NCBI GenBank assembly: GCA_026415775.1
Contig: JAOAGL010000001.1
Span: 414,831-478,830, forward strand
DNA length: 64,000 nucleotides
Reading direction: 5' to 3'
DNA from: Patescibacteria group bacterium
GTDB lineage: Bacteria > Patescibacteriota > Minisyncoccia > UBA6257 > JAAZHW01
The translations under genes and the position numbers were made by a program. Of the stretch, positions 17,372 through 24,820 are shown one piece after another (the stretch's first letter is position 1; every line of letters begins with the position of its first letter). The notes below the pieces were generated by a model. That model ran no database searches. It saw nothing but the letters and a program-made list of their open reading frames with translations, and was not told the DNA's origin.

Positions 17372-19939
17372 CTACTTCTGATGATTTAAATCCAATTGAT
17401 GTTTTTTATAGTATTTTAATTTAACACCCTCGCTAATAATAAAGTATATTGTAACCAACAAAATTACAATGATTACAAATTGAATGGGAACTTTTTGAAA
17501 ATGTAAGATATCAATTCCAAAACTTGTAAAAGGTAAGAAAATAGTAACCAATGTAGCTATCAATCCTAAAAAGATTAATGGATATGATGGCTTGATTGTC
17601 TGATAAAATTTTTGCGTTGTTCGAACAGCAAAGATTAATACCAATTCCGTTAAAATGCTTTCAATAAACCATAAAGTTTGAAGGTTTTTTTCTCCCATAC
17701 GATAAAAAATAGCAAAAAAAATGAAATCAAAAATGGTGCTCACAATAGCCAATCTAATAATTAAAGGTAGCGTTTTTTGCATTTGATAGCTTTTGGGTCT
17801 TTTTAATTCCTTTGTTTCTACATTATCAGTAGCAATAGCAATCATTGGAAAATCGGATAATAAATTAACTACTAAAATTTGAACGGGAAGCATCGGCAAA
17901 AAAGGAATAAATAAAGAAATAAGGGCAATGGAATAAAAATTGCCGAAATTAGAAGCTAATGTTGTTTTGATGTATTTATCTAAATTATTAAAAATTTTCC
18001 GACCATAAGAAATTCCCTCAATAATTACATTAAGATCGTTTTCCAAAAGAATAATATCAGCTATTTCACGAGAAATATCAGCAGCAGTGTTAACGGCAAT
18101 AGCCACATTGGCAAGTTTTAAAGCAGGCGCATCATTAATTCCCTCCCCCAAAAATCCAACTTCATACTTTTTCTGAAGCGATTCAATAATCTTATATTTC
18201 ATTTCTGGCGAAATACGAGCAAAAACATCAATCTCTTCGCAAGTTTTATCAAATTCTTCCGGAGATAATTGTTCCAATTCTTTACCAGTTCTAACCTCAT
18301 TCTTATTAGAGATTAATCCAATTTGATATCCTATATATCCAGCCACCTCTCGACTATCGCCAGTAATCAGCTTAACTCTAACTCCTAATTTTTCTGCTTT
18401 AGTAATTGTTTCTTTAGCTGTCTTTTTTAACGGATCAGCAAAAATTAATAGTCCAAGTAGATTAAAATTATCCTCTGCTTCATTTATGTTTTTAAAAAAT
18501 TCCCCTTCTTTTATTTCCCGATAGGCAACCGCCAAAACACGCCTTCCCTCTTCACCAGCCTCCTTAATCTTTCTTTCAAAAATTGTAAAATCAAATTTAC
18601 CTTCTACAATTTTAGCGGCCTCTATTTTTACTGTTTTTTCAAAAATCTTTTCTGGAGCACCTTTTGCAATAAGAAATCGTCTGCCATCACTACTCTCAAC
18701 CACAATACTGTTAATCAATCTTTTTAAATCAAAGGGGTTTTCGGCAATTAACTTAAATTCTTTCAATTGCGAAGTAAAATTGCTTGCGTGTTTTTCAACA
18801 ATGGCTTTATCAAAAGCATTTTCAATATTTTTTTGTTTTTTTAATAACTCTGTAGAAAGCAATGAAAAAAGAATTGTTTTTTCTATATTATTAGCAAAAA
18901 TTTCATCTAGAGTCATTTTGTTCTCCGTTAATGTCCCTGTTTTATCAGAACATAAAATTTTAATATTGCCTAAATCTTCAATGGCATTCAATCTTTTGAC
19001 TACTACCTTTCGTTTTGCTAATTTTAATGCTCCCTGAGACAACGAAAAAACTACCACCGTCGGTAATGCTTCGGGGAGAATGCTAACAATTAAAGCAATA
19101 CAAAAAATGAGATAATCAAATATATTTTCACAGTTAATAAAAAGACGCAAGATAAAAACAGCTGTAATAAAAAAAACGACCATTTTAATGATTAATCTTG
19201 AAAATCCTAATAATTCTTTTTCATAGAAACTTTTTTTACCAATCTCTTCCACAAGCTTAGAAATTTTTCCTACTGCTGATTCTCTAATATTATTTATAAC
19301 AACCCCCTTTGCTTCCCCATTTATTATTGAAGTACCAGAGAATATAATATTTTTTGCCTCAAAAATTTCTTTTGTAGCAGAAGTCAGTGGTTTTTCGTCT
19401 TTTTCAACAGCTTTGGATTCACCTGTTAAAATACTTTCATCAATAATTAAATTTTTAGCTTCAATAATTCTTAAATCAGCCGGCGCAATATCGCCAGCAG
19501 ATAAAACCACAATATCACCAGGCACCAAATATTTTTTATTAACAATCACCCTTTCCCCCTCTCTAATTACTTTAACATCATTAGGCAAAAAACTTTTTAA
19601 AACTTCTATTACTTTCTCAGCGCGATATTCTTGAACAAAACCCAAAACGACATTAATCACAACAAAAAGAAAAATAAATAAAGAATCTATTATTTCGCCA
19701 ATAATTAACGAGATAGCGCCAGCAATGAATAAAAGATAAGTGAATGGCGATTTAAATTGAGAAAATAAAATATGAAACCATCTTCTTTTTTTGAAAGGAA
19801 GCTCATTAAAACCAAATTTTAATAAACGTTCGGTTACTTGTTTTTCTGTTAATCCATTAACCGAGCTCTCCAATAATCTCAAGGATTCTTCTATATTTTT
19901 ATCGGTAAAATCAACAAAATTTAAATTTTTTTTCTCCAT
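17372..19939 (-). CDS. P-type cation-transporting ATPase (MgtA/P2-like)
   Basis: ILCSDKTGTLTENKM, GEGINDAPALKLANVAIAV, PEALP in M4. Confidence 0.8.
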   Translation of the reverse strand: MEKKNLNFVDFTDKNIEESLRLLESSVNGLTEKQVTERLLKFGFNELPFKKRRWFHILFSQFKSPFTYLLFIAGAISLIIGEIIDSLFIFLFVVINVVLGFVQEYRAEKVIEVLKSFLPNDVKVIREGERVIVNKKYLVPGDIVVLSAGDIAPADLRIIEAKNLIIDESILTGESKAVEKDEKPLTSATKEIFEAKNIIFSGTSIINGEAKGVVINNIRESAVGKISKLVEEIGKKSFYEKELLGFSRLIIKMVVFFITAVFILRLFINCENIFDYLIFCIALIVSILPEALPTVVVFSLSQGALKLAKRKVVVKRLNAIEDLGNIKILCSDKTGTLTENKMTLDEIFANNIEKTILFSLLSTELLKKQKNIENAFDKAIVEKHASNFTSQLKEFKLIAENPFDLKRLINSIVVESSDGRRFLIAKGAPEKIFEKTVKIEAAKIVEGKFDFTIFERKIKEAGEEGRRVLAVAYREIKEGEFFKNINEAEDNFNLLGLLIFADPLKKTAKETITKAEKLGVRVKLITGDSREVAGYIGYQIGLISNKNEVRTGKELEQLSPEEFDKTCEEIDVFARISPEMKYKIIESLQKKYEVGFLGEGINDAPALKLANVAIAVNTAADISREIADIILLENDLNVIIEGISYGRKIFNNLDKYIKTTLASNFGNFYSIALISLFIPFLPMLPVQILVVNLLSDFPMIAIATDNVETKELKRPKSYQMQKTLPLIIRLAIVSTIFDFIFFAIFYRMGEKNLQTLWFIESILTELVLIFAVRTTQKFYQTIKPSYPLIFLGLIATLVTIFLPFTSFGIDILHFQKVPIQFVIIVILLVTIYFIISEGVKLKYYKKHQLDLNHQK

Positions 19940-19944
19940 GTTGC

Positions 19945-20493
19945 TTACTGTCTTCTATACAGACCAACTAAATAACTTTCAGCTAAAATATGATTTCTTA
20001 TTGCTGCCAAAACCTCTTCGCGCGACACGCCTTCTGGTAAATCTAAAGTTGTATCAAGCGCAAAAAGTCTAAAATAATAACGGTGAATACCATAAGGTGG
20101 ACATGGACCACCATAACTTAATTTTCCAAAATCATTTTTGCCTAATTTTGCGTCAACAGGCACTGAATTTTCCTCAATTAATTTTGTTTCAGCAGGAATA
20201 TTAAAAACCAACCAATGAAGAAAATTTCCCATTGGCGCATCTGGATCATCAACAATTAAAACCAAACTTTTTGTCTCTGGAGGAATTTCTTCAAAATAAA
20301 GCGGTGGATTAATATTTTCTCCATCACAAGTGTATCGCGATGGTATCGTTTCATTATTTTGAAAAGCTGGACTAAAAATTTTCATATTGGTTTGATTAAC
20401 AACTTTTTGATTATTATTTTTGAAATTATAAAAAATTATCAAAATAATTCCCACCAATAAAATAATTGGCACTACAAACCAAATTTTTTTCAT
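19945..20493 (-). CDS. YbhB/YbcL family phosphatidylethanolamine-binding (PEBP) protein
   Basis: DPDAP, HWLVFNIP, GKLSYGGPCPPYGIHRYYFRLFALD. Confidence 0.75.
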   Translation of the reverse strand: MKKIWFVVPIILLVGIILIIFYNFKNNNQKVVNQTNMKIFSPAFQNNETIPSRYTCDGENINPPLYFEEIPPETKSLVLIVDDPDAPMGNFLHWLVFNIPAETKLIEENSVPVDAKLGKNDFGKLSYGGPCPPYGIHRYYFRLFALDTTLDLPEGVSREEVLAAIRNHILAESYLVGLYRRQ

Positions 20494-20510
20494 ATTTATT
20501 TAAAAATTTT

Positions 20511-20798
20511 TTATCCTTTCTGATTTTCCTTTGCTTCATCAAATTTTCGCCAAGCTTCAGCTACCGCTGGTTCAACTACATCTAACTCTGCCAAAATTCT
20601 TTCTTTAATTTCAAAACTATTAACTTCATTTCTATCTACAACCGAATCAATAACAATTTTTGCTACCCTACCCACAATTTCATCAATTCTTTCTGGCGTT
20701 AAACCCGCATCAATAGCAGCTGCTCGAATAGAATTTTCAATTTTCATCGGATCAAACGGCTCTCTCTCACCTGATTTTTTAATAACAAAATTGGTCAT
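20511..20798 (-). CDS. Stand-alone ATP-cone domain protein
   Basis: VIKKSGEREPFDPMKIENSIRAAAIDAGL matches the ATP-cone consensus (VIKRDGRxEpFdxeKI). Confidence 0.6.
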   Translation of the reverse strand: MTNFVIKKSGEREPFDPMKIENSIRAAAIDAGLTPERIDEIVGRVAKIVIDSVVDRNEVNSFEIKERILAELDVVEPAVAEAWRKFDEAKENQKG

Positions 20799-20888
20799 AT
20801 TTCCTTATATAAATCGACCTTTATTTTTATTATAAATCTAATAAATTGAAAATTAAAATAACATGGTTTAACGTTTTTAAACTCAAAA

Positions 20889-20917
20889 AATAAGCCCTCT
20901 GCGATTTTTGATTGGGG
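20889..20917 (-). terminator. Rho-independent terminator after the SRPBCC gene
   Basis: Minus strand: aagccccaatcaaaaatcgcagagggctt followed by attttttgagttt. Confidence 0.45.
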
Positions 20918-20959
20918 CTTTTAAATATTTTTCTTCGCCACATTCACCATCAAAAAATT

Positions 20960-21406
20960 TTATTTTTCAAGTCTTTTTCTTAATTGATTTATAACGGCTT
21001 TCTCCCAATATTTAAACAAAAATCTTCCAATTAATGGTTTTGCAATAATCCGAAGCCAAAATTTATGAATAAAAATTTGGTAATTATAATTAATCAAAGT
21101 TCCTTCTGGATGTTCAGAAAGCAAAAACTCTTCATGACCAGAAGTTCCAAATTTAAAACTTTCATTATCTGAAATAAATCCTCTTCCTGGCAAAATTTGA
21201 ATTTTCATTTTTATTGGAAATTCTCGGCCGAGGGATTTAACTATTGCGTTAATCTCCAAATTATTTCCTTCTCGTTTTATAATTCTTACAGACGCTGCTA
21301 CTTTCGGAAAATACTCTGGCCATTTTTCAAAATCGGTTATTAAATTAAAAACTTCTTCTATTGGAGCTTTAATCAGCCAGGCGGAGTGAAGGGTGAGGGT
21401 TTTCAT
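20960..21406 (-). CDS. SRPBCC (polyketide cyclase/START-like) family protein
   Basis: WLIKAPIEEVFNLITDFEKWPEYFP... matches the Polyketide_cyc2-like N-terminal signature. Confidence 0.5.
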   Translation of the reverse strand: MKTLTLHSAWLIKAPIEEVFNLITDFEKWPEYFPKVAASVRIIKREGNNLEINAIVKSLGREFPIKMKIQILPGRGFISDNESFKFGTSGHEEFLLSEHPEGTLINYNYQIFIHKFWLRIIAKPLIGRFLFKYWEKAVINQLRKRLEK

Positions 21407-21595
21407 ATATGAAAATTATAATAAAAAAGTTAAACATTCACAATTTAAATTAAGATAATTCGATTTATTAACCTATTTTATTATTAGCTTAAGATCTATA
21501 AACATAATATTACATCAATAAGTGAACCCTTAAAATTAGTTGATTAAATAAACAAAAATTTTTATGAGTTTTCATTTAAGCAAATGGAATACAAA

Positions 21596-21622
21596 AAACG
21601 GCCATAGGGGCCGTTTTTGATT
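21596..21622 (-). terminator. Rho-independent terminator of the GHKL-ATPase operon
   Basis: Minus strand: aaaaacggccctatggccgtttttt with a 6-7 bp GC stem followed by TTTTTTG. Confidence 0.65.
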
Positions 21623-21689
21623 GATGCTCCGTATATTGAACGAAATCCGAACTTATTTTAAAGAAAATCCCGACGTCGAATTCTGAATG

Positions 21690-21808
21690 CCAGTCCGCCG
21701 AGGGCGGGCTGGCGAACCAAATCCGTCGGCTCGCGGGCAAAAAATTTCCTTCCCTAAAATCCCTCCATTTTTGCTCACTCGCCGGAAGAAAAGAAATTTA
21801 GTTATATA
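21690..21808 (-). repeat. Inverted-repeat copy A (structured ~115-nt element) in the 3' UTR of the GHKL operon
   Basis: Its reverse complement matches 24487-24570 at about 80 of 84 nt. The terminal GC hairpin ccagtccgcc-gag-ggcgggctgg differs in sequence from copy B but keeps the pairing. Confidence 0.7.
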
Positions 21809-24166
21809 TTAATCAAGCTCTAAATCTCCTAAAGAAGCGATCATTGGGAGCAAAATCGGCGAAATTGCTCTGCTGACAGAAAATATCTCGTCATAAACTG
21901 ATAATCCATTTTTTTGTATTTCAGTCTCATTCTCTGTCTTTTTTTCGAAATGTTCGAGCAACGATATTCCTAATAATACCATCCCATATTTGAATCTTGC
22001 TTCTAATAATCGTGGGTTAATTTTAGTATTTCCTTTTATTTCTGTTCGTAAAAATACATTATCCATATTTATATAAAAATCATAACTTTTCTCCCCCGTG
22101 TCTTTAACTGCCAAAGCGTCTTCATCTTCTTTAAAGTGTCTTGACCAGTTTTCATCTTTTTTTGTTAATTCAATTATATTAGGTAAGGATAACCCAGAAG
22201 GTAGTTTTCTTGTTTCTTCCGCCTCTTCTTCTCCAGGGGGTAATCTTCTTTTCCCCTGTCCTCCGGCAGAAGGTTTTTCGGGCCCAGCTACTTTTACATA
22301 AAATTCGTTATAAAAAGGTTCAACTCTTGAATTATCTGTTGTCTCTGTTTTGAAATGCAAAATATTACCGATTTCAACATTTTCTGGAAGCGCAACTGTT
22401 AAAGTTGCTAATCCATTCCACAAATTTAAAGAAAAATCTCTTATTGTATGGTGATTAAATGAGATTGAAAATTGTCCTGGTTCTCTGTCTCGGTTAAAAT
22501 ATTCATTTTCTGCATCGGTTTCAAATTGAACTCTAAATCGCCTATTTATAGGAGCATTTTTTGGTTTATCCTCGGAATATTCCTTAGAAAGCTTAAAATA
22601 AGTTGGAAATCTTTTTCCCTTGAATTCTTTTTTGATTTTAGCATCTGTTAAATTAAAAGGATTACGAATCCTTACGCCTTCTAGGAACAACTTAGAAAGG
22701 GAGGGAGATTTTTTTATAATATCTTCCAGAATTTCGGCTAATGGTTTTGAATCTTTTAATTTATCCTCTATTTCTTCTCTTCTTCTTTGCTCCCTCAATG
22801 CTCTTAGACCATCATGATTTCTTATTAAATCTTCTAATTGGTTTTCTATTTCATATCTAATTGGTGTATCCCGTAACCTATCCCTGCTATTCATAAAAAG
22901 ATCTTCTTGTATTCTTCTTTCAAATTTAGAGCAATCAACAATTACTAAAATACTATCAGCGAGATAGGACATACCCACAGATTTCCTATCAAAAAATGTT
23001 TGAGACAAAAAAGCATGAGCTTGACCATTTACTATAAAAACAACGCCTTCATTTCTTGTGTATTTTTCTCTTTTATCTTTTTTAAAAGCATAAACAAGTA
23101 CTTTCATTTCCTGACCCTTTATTTTCATTTCGCTAGAACTAGGGAAATTCGGTTCTAGATTCTCACTTTTATCTTCATCAAGCCTCACGCCTAAACCGGA
23201 CATAACAATATGGTATGAATCTGCCCGATAACCTTTTCTCCTTTCGTACATTATTATCGGTAAAGCTATATTAGGCAGCAATAAAGAGAGTCTGTAATAT
23301 AAATCAAATTTAACTATAGTTTTCAATCCACCATGAAGTTGATATTCGTACAATTTAATAAAAGTGCCGTAATCAAATCTCTCGGCGTATGGTTCAGGAT
23401 ATTCTCCGGGTAAAAGTGGTAAATATTCGCTATCAAACATAAGAATTTCTCCATTAGGTGCTAAATATCTAAAACTCGAGCTTCTCATACCTTCTCTTGG
23501 GTCTTCTCTCCTAACAATCGTAAATCCCCATTTATTTTTTGTTTCGTCATTTTCATTTTTGGCTATTTCTGGGTCTCGTTTTGAAATGATTAATTGTAAA
23601 TTATATTTTCGACTGCAAAACTGAAGCGCACCTGTCCCGCCCATATTAAATTTTCCTTGGACGAATGGTACATTGAGTTTATTCTTTTTATTCAAAGATA
23701 AAAATGTATCCGGCATTCGTTTAGGAGTTTGACCTTCTCCAAAGTCAATAATTGAATAACAGGGATTTGATTTTTCTCCCGTAGCAACCAATAGTATATT
23801 CTTTGCGAGTTCAGCTCTTTGACTTGCATCAATATTAGATAACTTTCCATCATAGATACCAAAATATTCTTTTAATGCTTCTTGAATACTTTTAGGCGCT
23901 TCAGAGCTATCCGGCTTAATACCTCGCCGTTGACACTCTCTCATTAAGACTGCGTCTACTGAATTGATTATTTTCTCTACTAATGCGGCGTCTGGACTAC
24001 TTTGTTGATTTCCTATTGTAGAAAAATTATTAGGGTTTCGGTCATAATCTACCCATACATTTGGATCATTCCAAAAACCAGCTTTTTTCAGAATATTAAC
24101 AACGGCTTCCTCACTTTCGGCCATTGCAAGATCAATACAAAGTTCCTTTATTTTTTGATTGGTCAT
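21809..24166 (-). CDS. 785-aa protein with an N-terminal GHKL/Bergerat-fold ATPase domain (MORC/Hsp90/MutL-like motif set); remainder unknown
   Basis: N-box EKIINSVDAVLMRE, G1 IIDFGEGQ (DxGxG), G2 GKFNMGGTGALQF, G3 WGFTIV. The C-terminal ~550 aa have no recognisable motifs. The start is 3 nt after the upstream ORF's stop and has no SD. Confidence 0.6.
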   Translation of the reverse strand: MTNQKIKELCIDLAMAESEEAVVNILKKAGFWNDPNVWVDYDRNPNNFSTIGNQQSSPDAALVEKIINSVDAVLMRECQRRGIKPDSSEAPKSIQEALKEYFGIYDGKLSNIDASQRAELAKNILLVATGEKSNPCYSIIDFGEGQTPKRMPDTFLSLNKKNKLNVPFVQGKFNMGGTGALQFCSRKYNLQLIISKRDPEIAKNENDETKNKWGFTIVRREDPREGMRSSSFRYLAPNGEILMFDSEYLPLLPGEYPEPYAERFDYGTFIKLYEYQLHGGLKTIVKFDLYYRLSLLLPNIALPIIMYERRKGYRADSYHIVMSGLGVRLDEDKSENLEPNFPSSSEMKIKGQEMKVLVYAFKKDKREKYTRNEGVVFIVNGQAHAFLSQTFFDRKSVGMSYLADSILVIVDCSKFERRIQEDLFMNSRDRLRDTPIRYEIENQLEDLIRNHDGLRALREQRRREEIEDKLKDSKPLAEILEDIIKKSPSLSKLFLEGVRIRNPFNLTDAKIKKEFKGKRFPTYFKLSKEYSEDKPKNAPINRRFRVQFETDAENEYFNRDREPGQFSISFNHHTIRDFSLNLWNGLATLTVALPENVEIGNILHFKTETTDNSRVEPFYNEFYVKVAGPEKPSAGGQGKRRLPPGEEEAEETRKLPSGLSLPNIIELTKKDENWSRHFKEDEDALAVKDTGEKSYDFYINMDNVFLRTEIKGNTKINPRLLEARFKYGMVLLGISLLEHFEKKTENETEIQKNGLSVYDEIFSVSRAISPILLPMIASLGDLELD

Positions 24167-24169
24167 ATT

Positions 24170-24394
24170 TTATAATTTAAATTCCTTATTTTTGTTAGGA
24201 AAATGGAATTTAGCTTTTATTTCTCGTACTTTTCTCTCAATCTCTAAAAAAATTTTATTAACTTCTTCTTCCGTATAATCATAAGCACTACGATTAGCAC
24301 AATTACCTAATATTTTAAGCCGTTTCAAAACCTCATTTGTTCTATAAACAGCTAATTTTTTAAATCGCTCTCTTTTTTCGGTTGGTGATGCCAT
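24170..24394 (-). CDS. 74-aa basic helical protein, hypothetical; first gene of the GHKL operon and a possible regulator
   Basis: MASPTEKRERFKKLAVYRTNEVLKRLKILGNCANRSAYDYTEEEVNKIFLEIERKVREIKAKF. It is tightly coupled to the downstream gene. Confidence 0.45.
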   Translation of the reverse strand: MASPTEKRERFKKLAVYRTNEVLKRLKILGNCANRSAYDYTEEEVNKIFLEIERKVREIKAKFHFPNKNKEFKL

Positions 24395-24440
24395 ATTTTT
24401 CCTAATATTTTTTACTATTATTTAATTTATTATTTCTATA

Positions 24441-24472
24441 ATAAGGATAGCAAATCCTTATCTTATTGTCAA
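24441..24472 (-). promoter_or_regulatory. Putative promoter (TTGACA ... TATCCT) with an embedded perfect palindromic operator ATAAGGAT-N5-ATCCTTAT
   Basis: The palindrome at 24441-24461 lies between the -35 (24467-24472, minus strand) and the -10 hexamer, about 50 nt upstream of the 74-aa ORF. Confidence 0.45.
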
Positions 24473-24486
24473 TACCCTTATCTGTG

Positions 24487-24605
24487 TATAACTAAATTTC
24501 TTTTCTTCCGGCGAGTGAGCAAAAATGGAGGGATTTTAGGGAAGGAATTTTTTTGCTCGCGAGCCGAACGGGTTTTCCTGCCCGCCGCCTGTGGCGGCGG
24601 GCAAA
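24487..24605 (+). repeat. Inverted-repeat copy B (structured ~115-nt element) upstream of the GHKL operon, reading away from it
   Basis: tataactaaatttcttttcttccggcgagtgagcaaaaatggagggattttagggaaggaatttttttgctcgcgagccgaacgg... followed by the hairpin tgcccgccgcc-tgt-ggcggcgggca. There is also an internal long hairpin gagcaaaaa/tttttgctc. Confidence 0.7.
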
Positions 24606-24688
24606 TTATCGGCTCAGACTTCGTTTCTTAGATTTGTGGATTAAATTTGGTAAATAATATAAAAAATTTAAGCAGGTGTTAATTAGTG

Positions 24689-24760
24689 CTCCGGTGGTAG
24701 GATTCGAACCTACAACCGTCTCCTTAACAGGGAGCCGCTCTACCGTTGAGCTACACCGGA
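24689..24760 (-). tRNA. tRNA-Asn (anticodon GTT)
   Basis: Minus-strand cloverleaf: acceptor TCCGGTG/CACCGGA, D-arm GCTCAACGGTAGAGC, anticodon arm GCTCC-CTGTTAA-GGAGA, T-arm GTAGGTTCGAATCCTAC, discriminator G. Confidence 0.8.
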
Positions 24761-24820
24761 ATGCTAATTTATTTTAAAAAATAAAAACTAAAAAATCAAG
24801 AATGCGCTGACTTTCTTTTT

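Noticed and set aside
21809-24166. Calling the 785-aa GHKL protein HtpG (Hsp90)
   Set aside because: Motif spacing is larger than in Hsp90 (N-box to G1 is about 65 aa versus about 45 aa). No Hsp90 middle-domain or C-terminal MEEVD-like features were recognised. The gene is in an island-like cassette with a small partner gene.
21690-24605. Interpreting the inverted repeats as classical transposon terminal IRs
   Set aside because: No transposase or integrase is encoded between or beside them. The best-conserved portion is the inner end next to the genes rather than the outer tips, and no target-site duplication was seen. They are kept only as a possible non-autonomous or REP-like element.
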